Positions 1-9,194 of a stretch of 64,000 nt of DNA are shown here, piece after piece. The notes below the pieces were generated by a model, which did no database searches, had not been told where the DNA came from, and saw only the letters and a program-made list of their open reading frames with translations. Position 1 is the first letter of the stretch. Every line of letters begins with the position of its first letter. The DNA lies in assembly GCA_041648665.1 (NCBI GenBank), contig JBAZOP010000003.1, positions 69,082 through 133,081 on the forward strand, in the 5' to 3' direction. The position numbers were made by a program, and so were the translations under genes. The stretch comes from a bacterium. Its GTDB lineage: Bacteria > UBA10199 > 2-02-FULL-44-16 > JAAZCA01.

Positions 1-3000
1 TGTTCTGCTCATTGAACGTGAGGTACCCCTCCTCGAACATCCGCGCACGGAGGACTCGTGACGGCTTGACGGCCCCTGGCGCACTGATGTCGATGCCGTG
101 TTTGCTCTTCAGGTACATCGTGAGTCGCTCATCGTACTTGAGAGGAGCGTGGCGAGGCCTACCCTCTTTGTCGATCTCTTCCATCATCTCCGTAGGCTCT
201 TCGAGCGTCGGGTGCTCTTCCCGCGCCTCTGCGATCGCTTCGTCCTGTTCCATCCCCTCTTGCATCTTGGCGTCGATGTCCTGCTGTATTCTGGCAAACG
301 ACGCGTCCGCGGCTTTGCCGACGATCTCGTAGATACTGATCGGAGGGATCTTCACCCCTGCCCCAAACCTGTCCTGCTTGCCGGTCTCCTCCTGGAATTT
401 CTTGTCCAGTTCCGCCATTTGCTTCTTGGCGGTGTCTCGCGCGCTCGTGTCGAACTTGAACTCGTGGTAGTAGTCTCCCCACACCTGTAGCCAGTTCACG
501 AGGTCGTCGATCGCAACCGTTGTGCGCATGACGCTGGGGCGGATGCCTTGGAGCTGCTCGATCCACTTACGCATCTGCGCGCGCTCTTCTTCTGGCAGTG
601 AGAGCAGAGGGTCTCGATCGAAGAACCACTTCGGCAGATCGCGCATCGCGGCGAGAGCGGGGTAGCTCGTCTCCTTCATCTGCCCCCAGGTTGTGGCATC
701 TGCCCACTCGATGGCTTGCAGGAACCCCTCGTCGATCTTGGCGCGGTGCTCCTGCCTGATCGCCACCATGCCGCCGGAATACATCCCCACCGTCGCATGC
801 CGCCAGTCTGGTCTGCCTACGCCCTCACCCTTCTTCTTGGCGACGCCCATGAACTTGATCTCTCGACCGGGCTGGAAGATGACACGGTTCTTCTCCGTGT
901 CGTCCACACGGAAGCTCCGCGTGTCGATGCGTGTGGCGCGCTCGGTGAACGGGATCCAGTTGTAGGGCCTGCGAATGAGCGGCTGCACGGCCATGTCGCC
1001 GTGGACCGCAAACCACTCCACGATCCTTTCGGCCATGTGTTCGCGAACGATCCCAAGCTCCCCGGGCGAGGCGCTAGCCTTGAAGTCAATCCACTTGTCC
1101 CCGCGCTTGACCATGATCGACTGGAACTGCTTGGACGCAACGGTCGTGATCTCCGTAATCCAGGCGACCAGCGCCAGCGCAGCCGTGGGGCCCTTCTCGT
1201 TCCAGAAGCGCTTGTAGAGGTTCTGGAGCCCCTTGAGTACGTCCCAGTTCGGTTCGGTCTCGGGCTGCGTCTGGAAGTGGCTCAGAATGGGAGCCATGTC
1301 CTGCTCGGCCCAGGTGTTCTTGCGGCCCGCCCACCACGGTAGCCTGGAGGTGTGTCCAATCCGGTAGGTGAGTACGGCTCCCTGTCCCTTGGGCACGTCA
1401 TGGGGGTCCATGTGGACTTCCGGCAGGTAGAGCCTGAGCTTGTCCACGCCGGTCTGGTACGCCCACTCGGGGCTCTTGAGCGGCTTGTCGGAGACGGCGA
1501 TTCGCTCGCGGCGCGGACGCTGTTCTTCCCCTGGCTGCTGCCCCACGAACGGCGTAGGCACTTTGCGCCCCTCGGGCTCGGAGGCGATGATGCGCTCGTC
1601 GTCGAGCGGGCTCCCGCGCCGCCTGTGCATCCGCTGCGCTTCCTCGGTGGACATCACATCGCCCTTCTCCGCCTTGGCGATGTACGCGCCGATGATCACA
1701 ACGGAGTCGGGCTGGATGTGCACGTAGCCCTCGGTCGTCTTGATGCTCTCGTGCCCGAGCAGCGCTTGGATCTCGTCCAGGGGCATCCCCGCTTCCCTGG
1801 CGCAGGTGGCCCCGTAGTGCCGGAAGTTGTGGGCGTGGATCCGCTTGCGCTCGTCAGCGTTCAGACCCCGCTGCATCCCGCTCTTCACTTCCACAACGCG
1901 CGCTCGTTCCGCCAACGCGTAGAGCATGCGCCGAAGCCCGCTCGTATCCAGCGGCTCCAGGGCCGTCTGCTCCGGTTGCCCGTCGCGTTCGTTGGTGCCC
2001 CAGCGGACCAGCGACGGCACGATGGGCGCATTGGGGTTGGTCATCAGAGCTGCGCAGTACCTCGCCCAGTGCGACGGTTGAAGCTCGCCAGTCTCGGGAT
2101 TGACTTCGTTTTCTTGCGCTCGCTGCCGAAGGCCTTGATCGAAGGCGACCATGGCATCGCGGATCTCGCTGGACAACGGGATCTCGCGCGTCTTGTCGCC
2201 TTTGCCGCTGCGGATGCTCAGGGTGAGCAAACCGTTCTTCTCGTACAGATCCTTTCGCAGGGCTCCGACAAGCTCCTCGGATCGAAGGCAGGCGTGTGTG
2301 AGAAGGTAGAGAGCAAGCGTGTCCCGGAGCGATTCGAGGTTGGGACCGGCGGCGGCGCGGAAGATGGACTTGCGGAGAGGGTGGGTGAGCATCACCTCGC
2401 GCGCCGCGCGCTTGCGCTCCTCGCGGGCTCCACGCAGAGCGATTCGGGCGGGTTCCTTCCACACGTTGACGCGAAGCGGTGCTTCTCCGTGCGGCCCTGC
2501 GTCCCCCTTGAGCATCTCGCTCCAGATGGCGCTCAGGCCCGACAGGTACGTCGCGATCGAGCCCATCTTGATCGAGGCTCGCTTCTCGGGCACCACGTAG
2601 CGGTAGACCATCGGGTCGCGCTCCTTGCGCGTCCAGATGCGTCCCTGCTCCTTGCGCACTTCGATGCTCCTCGGGAGTCGGTACATCCATCGGTAGTCCC
2701 GGATGAGCATGCCCAGGCGCTTGTGCAACTGGGACAGGTCGTCGGTCCCGTCAGGCTTCTTGGGAACGAACTTGGCGCGCGTGGCGGGCGTGAGCATCTC
2801 GTAGATTTCGAGGATGTTCACCTGTCTGCCTCCGCGGGATGCCTTCTCGACGGCGCTGTAGATCATCCACGAGTCCATGCCGCTGGCCCGCACGATCATG
2901 CCTCGGATGTCGGGCGGATCGGTGCTGCGCATCCACTCGTACAGCTCCATCGCGACCCGGCGCGTGACCTCGTCCGGGTCCAGCTCCCTGCCGAACTTCG

Positions 3001-3253
3001 CCCTCATCCAGTAGGTGAAAATCTCCAGCGACTTGAGGTACACGCGGATCGTGTTGGAAGCGTCCTGGGGCTTGTTGCGGAGCCTGCGCTTGCCTCGGAG
3101 ATCCTCGCGCCGCACGCCCTTCGCGCTGTCCTTGAGACGAGAGACGAGCCGCTGGATCGCGTCCACGTACTTGGACTGCTGATCGACTTGGGAGTCCTCG
3201 AAGTACCCGAGTGCGTCGGGGCGGTTCGGGCGCGTGAGATCGAAGTCAGACAC
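1..3253 (-). CDS. Very large tyrosine recombinase/integrase-like protein (>=1084 aa, 3' end beyond window); catalytic HxxR...LGHESIKTTEGYxH region encoded ~1710-1870
   Basis: Minus frame open from the window edge to a GTG at 3251-3253 preceded by GGAG. Translation contains ...RIHAHNFRHYGATCAREAGMPLDEIQALLGHESIKTTEGYVHIQ (tyrosine recombinase box II and catalytic Tyr). No ORF is listed in this frame because it runs off the edge. The plus-strand ORF 1352..3286 is its R/L/G-rich antisense. Confidence 0.75.
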   Translation of the reverse strand, partial: MSDFDLTRPNRPDALGYFEDSQVDQQSKYVDAIQRLVSRLKDSAKGVRREDLRGKRRLRNKPQDASNTIRVYLKSLEIFTYWMRAKFGRELDPDEVTRRVAMELYEWMRSTDPPDIRGMIVRASGMDSWMIYSAVEKASRGGRQVNILEIYEMLTPATRAKFVPKKPDGTDDLSQLHKRLGMLIRDYRWMYRLPRSIEVRKEQGRIWTRKERDPMVYRYVVPEKRASIKMGSIATYLSGLSAIWSEMLKGDAGPHGEAPLRVNVWKEPARIALRGAREERKRAAREVMLTHPLRKSIFRAAAGPNLESLRDTLALYLLTHACLRSEELVGALRKDLYEKNGLLTLSIRSGKGDKTREIPLSSEIRDAMVAFDQGLRQRAQENEVNPETGELQPSHWARYCAALMTNPNAPIVPSLVRWGTNERDGQPEQTALEPLDTSGLRRMLYALAERARVVEVKSGMQRGLNADERKRIHAHNFRHYGATCAREAGMPLDEIQALLGHESIKTTEGYVHIQPDSVVIIGAYIAKAEKGDVMSTEEAQRMHRRRGSPLDDERIIASEPEGRKVPTPFVGQQPGEEQRPRRERIAVSDKPLKSPEWAYQTGVDKLRLYLPEVHMDPHDVPKGQGAVLTYRIGHTSRLPWWAGRKNTWAEQDMAPILSHFQTQPETEPNWDVLKGLQNLYKRFWNEKGPTAALALVAWITEITTVASKQFQSIMVKRGDKWIDFKASASPGELGIVREHMAERIVEWFAVHGDMAVQPLIRRPYNWIPFTERATRIDTRSFRVDDTEKNRVIFQPGREIKFMGVAKKKGEGVGRPDWRHATVGMYSGGMVAIRQEHRAKIDEGFLQAIEWADATTWGQMKETSYPALAAMRDLPKWFFDRDPLLSLPEEERAQMRKWIEQLQGIRPSVMRTTVAIDDLVNWLQVWGDYYHEFKFDTSARDTAKKQMAELDKKFQEETGKQDRFGAGVKIPPISIYEIVGKAADASFARIQQDIDAKMQEGMEQDEAIAEAREEHPTLEEPTEMMEEIDKEGRPRHAPLKYDERLTMYLKSKHGIDISAPGAVKPSRVLRARMFEEGYLTFNEQN

Positions 3254-3983
3254 CGCTATGCTCCGCGTTCGGATCCGACGCGCTGAAATGCCGGATCTCG
3301 TCGTTGATCTTCGTGCAGAGCGTCTCGCCCTCGCCCATCGATCCGCGCAGCCACCGCAGGTGGACTTCTCCGTGTGTCGGATGCTTGCCCGTGACCTCTA
3401 CCCTGCCATCGGACAGCTTGCACTTCGTTGCCGGGATGCCCTGGGCGATGCACTCGCGCACGAGCCCTTCGAGCCTGTCCTGCTGGTAGGACGAACGCGG
3501 CGTTCTCGCCCTCGGCTTGGTGTCGCGCTTGCGAGGGGCGTCTGACGGCTCGACGATGTCCTCGTCATCGTCTTCGTGCACAACGAGCGGGGAGGTGTCC
3601 AGCCCGAGCGACTGCGCGCGCATGTGCAGCGAGTGCGCTTCCTCACCGTCTGCCAGCTCGCAGGCGAACACGATGAGAAGCTCCAGCAGTTCCCGGAGCG
3701 ATGTGCGCCAGGACTCCTCGATGCTGCTTCCCAGGGCCTCGAACAGCACCTCGAACTTGCGGAACTTGTCGGGGCCCATGTTCTGCTTGAGAGCCGGGCT
3801 CTGCACCGCCGTCTTGCACATCTGGATCAGCGCGACCGTGCCGCCTGCGATCATCATCGTGGCTGTGGCGCAGGCCTGGGCAGTGACGGCGACCTCCCGC
3901 GACTCCTTGTTCTCTTCGAGAACCGCGATGGCGTACGAAACGAGGCGAAGGTCGAGACTTCGGCGCAACTTGCCTTGCTGCAT
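3246..3983 (-). CDS. hypothetical protein (~245 aa)
   Basis: Protein-like translation. The track start at 4019 is TTG; an ATG at 3983 (MQQGKLRR...) follows an intergenic palindrome. Confidence 0.6.
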   Translation of the reverse strand: MQQGKLRRSLDLRLVSYAIAVLEENKESREVAVTAQACATATMMIAGGTVALIQMCKTAVQSPALKQNMGPDKFRKFEVLFEALGSSIEESWRTSLRELLELLIVFACELADGEEAHSLHMRAQSLGLDTSPLVVHEDDDEDIVEPSDAPRKRDTKPRARTPRSSYQQDRLEGLVRECIAQGIPATKCKLSDGRVEVTGKHPTHGEVHLRWLRGSMGEGETLCTKINDEIRHFSASDPNAEHSGV

Positions 3984-4003
3984 GGCGATGATAGTGCGCC
4001 TAC

Positions 4004-4020
4004 GTTGCACTATGTGCAAC
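4004..4020. promoter_or_regulatory. perfect palindrome GTTGCAC-TAT-GTGCAAC, candidate operator
   Basis: 7-bp inverted repeat with a 3-nt spacer in the 66-nt intergenic region upstream of gene 3246..3983. Confidence 0.4.
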
Positions 4021-4049
4021 TGCTTACAAGCGGCCCAGTTCCAGACTTT

Positions 4050-4289
4050 CTAGTATCTACGGCCTTTGATTGTTTTGGGGCGGGGCCTGGGGACCATCAC
4101 GCGCTCGATCCTGCGGGCCGTTGTGGGCATGGCTTCGTACGCGTCGGACTGCACCTTCGAGCATGCCTCCAGCTCCGGGAGCCCGAGCTTGTTGACGGCT
4201 GGCGTGTACCACCAGTTGTGGGCCTTCAGGGCGATGATCTTGCCAGTCTCGTCGATGATGCCGCCGTCGTACTTGTGGAGCGTCGTCAT
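4050..4289 (-). CDS. hypothetical protein (~79 aa)
   Basis: ORF 4050..4316 trimmed to MTTLHKYDGG...; ATGA overlap with the next gene at 4286-4289. Confidence 0.5.
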   Translation of the reverse strand: MTTLHKYDGGIIDETGKIIALKAHNWWYTPAVNKLGLPELEACSKVQSDAYEAMPTTARRIERVMVPRPRPKTIKGRRY

Positions 4290-4873
4290 CTCTTCCACCC
4301 TTGTTCGCGCAGGCATCCTTCGATGTCAGGCGGCTTCCAGCCCTCTGGCTTCATCTGTTTGAGATTCACGATCGGCCCCCCGAGCTTGGTCATGTTGGCT
4401 CGGTGCACCTCCTCCGCGATCGGCCCGCCGTCGATGCCGAAGGCGATGCGGGAGCCCTCGACGACGTAGTCGGTGTCCGCGAACCCGTCAGCTGCGGCAG
4501 GAAGATCGACATCGACTTTCAGGCTGTCCAGGCAGTCGAGAGTCGTGCGCTTGAGATGCCCGAGCACACCTGCCCCGTGATCCGGCCTCTTGTCGTAGCA
4601 TGCTTCCGCAACCTCGAATGCCTCTTCCAGTACGAGTCGAACACGCAGCCTTACCGTCGCTTCGTCAGGGACCGTAGGCGTCGAGTTCTGGACTTGACCG
4701 ACCGCCTCCATGAACTCCTTCACCTGACAGTGTACCTTGCTCACCGCGAAGTCCGCGATCTGGGCAAGGATGCCGTGTACTGCCTCGTGCCACGTGAGGC
4801 AGCCGGGCTCAGGATCCTCCAGCAGCATTGTCAGCTTCTTCGACAATCCCAACAGCTTCTCGATGTTGCTCAC
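4286..4873 (-). CDS. MazG-like nucleotide pyrophosphohydrolase (tentative)
   Basis: 195 aa; helical EExxE-type segments (VRLRVRLVLEEAFEVAEAC) reminiscent of the MazG/HisE fold. Confidence 0.45.
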   Translation of the reverse strand: MSNIEKLLGLSKKLTMLLEDPEPGCLTWHEAVHGILAQIADFAVSKVHCQVKEFMEAVGQVQNSTPTVPDEATVRLRVRLVLEEAFEVAEACYDKRPDHGAGVLGHLKRTTLDCLDSLKVDVDLPAAADGFADTDYVVEGSRIAFGIDGGPIAEEVHRANMTKLGGPIVNLKQMKPEGWKPPDIEGCLREQGWKR

Positions 4874-5502
4874 GTCTCACCATCCTTGTAGCCCTGCATC
4901 ATCCTCGCCGCGACTTCCCCCGGTGTCTCCGGTTTGACGCTCCAGTCGATGCCCTTCTTCTCCTTCTGCTCCCCCGTAGGCTTCTCAGCCTCGACCTCGG
5001 ATCGGTATTTCGGCTTTTCGGAGGCCATGCCATACACAATGATCGCGTCGCACTGCCCGCATGTCGCGTGGAGGTGAGACCCTTTGTGTTTCCACTTACA
5101 GGTGGCTTCCGTGTAGAAGCGAACCTCGGAGCACTTCACCCCGTTGCACACGTGGCAGAAGAACTCTTCCTTTCCCTTCCACCTCAAGCGCCCCAAATCG
5201 TCCGTTCTTGGATCGGCGGGGGCCGATTCGGACTTCTTCTCAGTATCGTCCCCCACCTTCTCGGCAGGCTCCCGATACGGATGCCCGTTTTTGTCCTTCG
5301 CATCCGGCGCATCCGTGGTCAGGCTCACGATGCGGTTCAGGTACTCCTGGGCCTTCGCCTCCGCGTCGTGCATCCTCTTGCGCAGATCGCGGATGATGCG
5401 GAAGCGATAGACCGCGAGGGCTGAGCCCGCGACGATACCGAGCAGGATCAGAGTTAGCGCTGCCCAAAGTGTCAGCGGATGCGTTACAAGGTAATCAGCC
5501 AT
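4870..5502 (-). CDS. membrane-anchored protein with C-terminal Cys/His cluster
   Basis: N-terminal TM helix (LTLWAALTLILLGIVAGSALAV); CHVCNG...C..H..H..CGQC cluster. Confidence 0.55.
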   Translation of the reverse strand: MADYLVTHPLTLWAALTLILLGIVAGSALAVYRFRIIRDLRKRMHDAEAKAQEYLNRIVSLTTDAPDAKDKNGHPYREPAEKVGDDTEKKSESAPADPRTDDLGRLRWKGKEEFFCHVCNGVKCSEVRFYTEATCKWKHKGSHLHATCGQCDAIIVYGMASEKPKYRSEVEAEKPTGEQKEKKGIDWSVKPETPGEVAARMMQGYKDGET

Positions 5503-5514
5503 CTCGGATCTCCT

Positions 5515-5697
5515 TCAATCAGCTCGCGGTCGCTTGTGCCGGTTGAGCCAGCCGACGACGTGCACCTTCCCGCAGTATGGGCACTCGTAGCCGAATAGCT
5601 CGCACAGGATGATAGGAAAGCAGACAAAGGCGGCAAGCACGAAGCTCAGCGCTACGATCAGCAGGAGCTTGCCGACGAATACCAGTACAACGATCAC
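5515..5697 (-). CDS. small membrane protein (60 aa)
   Basis: Hydrophobic N-terminus plus CPYCG motif; ATGA overlap at 5694-5697. Confidence 0.45.
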   Translation of the reverse strand: MIVVLVFVGKLLLIVALSFVLAAFVCFPIILCELFGYECPYCGKVHVVGWLNRHKRPRAD

Positions 5698-5858
5698 TTC
5701 TCCTCCCTCGCGCGCAACTTGCGTATGCGCTCAATCTGCTCGTTGTTCTCCCTGATGCCTGCGCTACACAGCATCATGATGCGCGTGCAGCCGATGACGA
5801 CCGCGATGTCGCACAACACGGTGAGCGCTAGGAGCGTTATGTAGATGTAGTAGCCCAT
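5694..5858 (-). CDS. small membrane protein (~54 aa)
   Basis: MGYYIYITLLALTVLCDIAVVIGC...; its ATG overlaps the TGA of the SNF2 gene (ATGA at 5855-5860). Confidence 0.45.
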   Translation of the reverse strand: MGYYIYITLLALTVLCDIAVVIGCTRIMMLCSAGIRENNEQIERIRKLRAREEK

Positions 5859-7954
5859 CACTCTTCCCTCAACACTTCCGCCAGCGTCCCCTGCTTCTCG
5901 GTCCCCATGAGCCTCGCCAGGATCTCCGCTGGCAACTGCTTGTGGTAGCGGGGCAGGATGCGCTTGGCGAGTGCGACCTCGCCGTCTGTCAGCTGCCTTC
6001 GCTTGGCGATCTCTGCGACGCGCCTGCCCATGTGAGCGTGCGCTCCGGAGAACCCCATGCCGTCCCTCTGGCGAGCCCCGTCGCACAGCGCCGAGACCGC
6101 CAGGAAGCCCGCAGAGGCCGCTCCGCGCTCTTCGTCCGTCGCCACGGGCCAGACGATCTTGGGAGGCTTCGGAGGCTCCACGGGGCCAATGCGAGCAGCC
6201 GCGGTGTGCTCCAAGGCAGCGTCCGCGATCTGTTGCTTGCGAATGACCTTGGCGAGCATTACAGCGTCCAGGCTCTCGTCCACGGCGAGATGCTGGATGA
6301 GCACGGCGTTCCGCTGGGAAATCCTATGAATGCGATCTTCTGCTTGGCTCAGGTCTCCGGGCACCCAGGAGCTTTCGACGAACGCCATGTAGTCGGCTGC
6401 GGTCAGGGTGAGCCCGACGCCCGCCGCTTGGATGCTTCCGATGAACACCCTGATTTTCGGGTCGGACTGGAAGCGGTCCACGATGGCGAGCCGATCGTTC
6501 TGCGGAGTCGGGCCGTAGACGCACACGGCTTCGCTGCCATAGTGGGCGACAAGCTGCTCGATGACCGCGTGGTGGTGCGCCATGACGACGATCTTGGGCC
6601 GCTCCTCCAGGACGAGATCGAGATGCTCGAACACGGACGGGAGCTTCGCCAGGGCGAGCTTTTGCCGCTCCACCGAGATCGTCTTGAAGTCGATGTCCGC
6701 AATGGTCTGGCAGAGCCGGTCGAGCGCCATCTCGTACGCGACCGTGTCCCCGCCCGCTTCGGCCAAGTCCACCTCGGCAGCGAGCACATCGATCTGCCCG
6801 CTCTGCTTCGTCCATGCGGCGTGCTCCGCCTTGACCGCGGCAGACGCGCCCGTGGGCGGGAGGAACACGATTTGTCTGGTTTTCTTCGGCAAAAAGGGCA
6901 AAACGTCGGACTTTGCGCGTCGGATCATTACCGTCGATCTCATGCGTTCTTGCAGTTCTTCGAGGCGGCTCGCGCCGTCCGTGTGCCACACCTCGCGCGT
7001 GAATCCGCCTCGGACTCGGATGGTCTCCTTCACAGCGCCGCAGTAGCGCATCAGGAACGGCCATTCCAGGTTCCAGGTGACCGGGTCCAGGGCGTGCAGC
7101 AGCGGCCATAGCTCCTTCGGGCGGTTGGGCAGCGGCGTGCCCGTCAGGAACAGCGCGCGCTTGGCTTGGTTGATCAGTCCAAGCTGGGCAGGCTCCGCGG
7201 GTCTGCCTCGCTTCTTGTCCTCGCGTTTGCCCTTCTTGCCCAGGATGACTTCGCTCCGTTGTGCGGTGCCCGTCTTCATGCGGTGAGCTTCGTCCACGAT
7301 GAGAAGGCCCCAGGTCCGAGCCATCAGCGCTGCGCGGAGCTGGGCTGCACGCGGGCCGACAAGCCGCTCGTAGTTGACGATGACGAGATCGTTGCGAGGA
7401 TGCGGAGGATCGTTCGACTCCACAACGTGGATGAGCCGTGGGCGCACGAGCCACTTCTCTGCCTCGCGCTTCCACAACAGGCGCAGGCTTGCCGGGCAGA
7501 TGACGAGGATGCTGCCCATGTTGGGCACGGCATTGGCGACTCCGAGCGCCTCCACGGTTTTGCCAGTGCCACAAGAATCCGCCAGCAGCACATTCCTGCG
7601 CGCCAGCGCGTACTCGACGGCGGCAAGTTGGTACGGGTAGTATTCGCACCCGGGCGGCGCAGGCACTTCGAGCTTGCTGTCCGCGGCCTTGCTCGCCTCG
7701 ACGGTGCGGTAGTGATCCGCCAGCGAGTAGATCGCGGACTCGGCGAGGTACTTCTCCGCTCGGGAGGCCACCGTCTTGTCGGCGGTGAACCAGATGCGCG
7801 GCTCCATGTGAGCCTTGCAGGCTTCGCAGGCGTGGTAGCAGCGCTCGTCGCCGAAGTGGAAGTGGAAGCCCAGGCTCTTGAGATACTCGCGCGCGGGAAC
7901 GTCGTCGAAACGAATCTGCGCGTAGTAGATGCCGTGGCTGAACTCGATCTTCAT
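5858..7954 (-). CDS. SNF2/RAD54-family DNA helicase
   Basis: Motifs GTGKT (Walker A) and IVDEAH (DEAH box); C-terminal helicase domain. Start trimmed to MKIEFSHGIYY (the track start at 8053 adds an R-rich extension). Confidence 0.85.
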   Translation of the reverse strand: MKIEFSHGIYYAQIRFDDVPAREYLKSLGFHFHFGDERCYHACEACKAHMEPRIWFTADKTVASRAEKYLAESAIYSLADHYRTVEASKAADSKLEVPAPPGCEYYPYQLAAVEYALARRNVLLADSCGTGKTVEALGVANAVPNMGSILVICPASLRLLWKREAEKWLVRPRLIHVVESNDPPHPRNDLVIVNYERLVGPRAAQLRAALMARTWGLLIVDEAHRMKTGTAQRSEVILGKKGKREDKKRGRPAEPAQLGLINQAKRALFLTGTPLPNRPKELWPLLHALDPVTWNLEWPFLMRYCGAVKETIRVRGGFTREVWHTDGASRLEELQERMRSTVMIRRAKSDVLPFLPKKTRQIVFLPPTGASAAVKAEHAAWTKQSGQIDVLAAEVDLAEAGGDTVAYEMALDRLCQTIADIDFKTISVERQKLALAKLPSVFEHLDLVLEERPKIVVMAHHHAVIEQLVAHYGSEAVCVYGPTPQNDRLAIVDRFQSDPKIRVFIGSIQAAGVGLTLTAADYMAFVESSWVPGDLSQAEDRIHRISQRNAVLIQHLAVDESLDAVMLAKVIRKQQIADAALEHTAAARIGPVEPPKPPKIVWPVATDEERGAASAGFLAVSALCDGARQRDGMGFSGAHAHMGRRVAEIAKRRQLTDGEVALAKRILPRYHKQLPAEILARLMGTEKQGTLAEVLREE

Positions 7955-7956
7955 GC

Positions 7957-8640
7957 CTATCCTCGCGCCCCGGCAACCGTCATCGCGTTGGCGAACTCGG
8001 TCATGTACGGCAGGCGAAGGATCCACGCGCAGACACCTTCCGGCCCCGACCACTCGGGCATGCGGTGGCTCCTGCGGTCGAAGTACATCTTGAGCGCGGT
8101 CTCGTAGTTGAACGAATAGGTGGCCTTCTGCAAGAAGCTCTCGGGCAAGTGCATCTTGAGAAGGTGAAGCCGCTCGGGGGTCTTGTCGGAGCGGTACATT
8201 GCTCCAAGCCCGTTCACGTACTCCAGTTGGGCTTGCGTGATGCAGCCACCCTCAAAGTCGGACCGCTCCAGGTCGCGGCTTCCGAGCTTGTGCATCGTCG
8301 AGCACGAGTTGCGGACCGTCGAAACCTTGTACGTGTCGAGTTCCTGCCAGATCGCCCGCGGGATCGTGATGTCCCACCACACCTGGATCTGCCTCAAGAA
8401 CTTCCGGTGCGCACCACCGCCGCGGATCAGCGACAGGGCAAGCTTCATGTCGTCGGGGCCGATGGCGGGTTTTTCTGAGGACTTGATCCCGTAGTCATTG
8501 AGCGTCCAGCGATCGGAGTCATCCTCGAACCGACTGTCTGACTTCGCCCACGACTCCATGGGGTTCCTCATCCCACGCAAAGCCGCCCTCCAGCCGTAGA
8601 CCTCAACGTTCTCGATTTTCATGTTGCTTCCTTCCGTCAC
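7957..8640 (-). CDS. hypothetical protein; distant ThyX-like pattern but lacks the RHR motif
   Basis: 227 aa. Segments WRAALRGMRNPMES and ITIPRAIWQELDTYKVSTVRNSCS loosely resemble the ThyX RAARVSY and RQWFRHRIASY...S.R blocks, but the catalytic RHR is absent. Confidence 0.5.
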   Translation of the reverse strand: MTEGSNMKIENVEVYGWRAALRGMRNPMESWAKSDSRFEDDSDRWTLNDYGIKSSEKPAIGPDDMKLALSLIRGGGAHRKFLRQIQVWWDITIPRAIWQELDTYKVSTVRNSCSTMHKLGSRDLERSDFEGGCITQAQLEYVNGLGAMYRSDKTPERLHLLKMHLPESFLQKATYSFNYETALKMYFDRRSHRMPEWSGPEGVCAWILRLPYMTEFANAMTVAGARG

Positions 8641-9194
8641 GGCTTCCCGTACAGGCGTTCCATTTCGGTCCGGTGCTCAGCTTCGCGGCACTCGTGCTCT
8701 CGCCTGAGAACGGCAACGAGTGCTTTGAGCCCCCGGGGCGTGTCAACGTGATAGCCGGTCACATCGCGGCTTGGGGCTGGGCAAGCGCACGATCCTTCTG
8801 TGCGCACTTCCTTGCCGTGCGTCGTGAAGAGTTCGGCTGCTGCCGACAGCGGGAGAGGGTTGTACTTCGTGAAGCACACCCAGTAGTACCAGTTGCGGCG
8901 GAAAGACCAACCGTACGCTTCGGCTGTCACATCGTGCACATTGATCCACGTCGTTCCCGATCGTGCACACGCGTCGGGAGAAACAATGCCGCAGCGCCCC
9001 AGTTGCGCAGCCTCGGAGCCGGGCTTGTAGACTTCGGCTTCCCTTGTAGTGAACGTCACTACGCCTCGCGGTATTCCGGCCTCTGACAACTCGGCCAGCG
9101 CCGTGTCCTTGGCCTTTGCAGGGAACGGCGGATCGCCCAGGTTGGGGAAACCCACGAGTTCACCATCAAGATTACAGCTTGGATTCAGACTCAT
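8637..9194 (-). CDS. hypothetical protein with DPPF motif
   Basis: 185 aa; NLGDPPFP resembles motif IV of N6A/N4C methyltransferases, but the protein is short. ATGA overlaps at both ends. Confidence 0.5.
   Translation of the reverse strand: MSLNPSCNLDGELVGFPNLGDPPFPAKAKDTALAELSEAGIPRGVVTFTTREAEVYKPGSEAAQLGRCGIVSPDACARSGTTWINVHDVTAEAYGWSFRRNWYYWVCFTKYNPLPLSAAAELFTTHGKEVRTEGSCACPAPSRDVTGYHVDTPRGLKALVAVLRREHECREAEHRTEMERLYGKP

Noticed and set aside
1352-3286. Long plus-strand ORF (644 aa) and other listed ORFs inside 12..3286
   Set aside because: Their translations are R/L/G/H-rich and low-complexity, as expected for the antisense of a high-GC gene. The opposite, unlisted minus frame carries clear tyrosine-recombinase motifs and is open across the whole interval.
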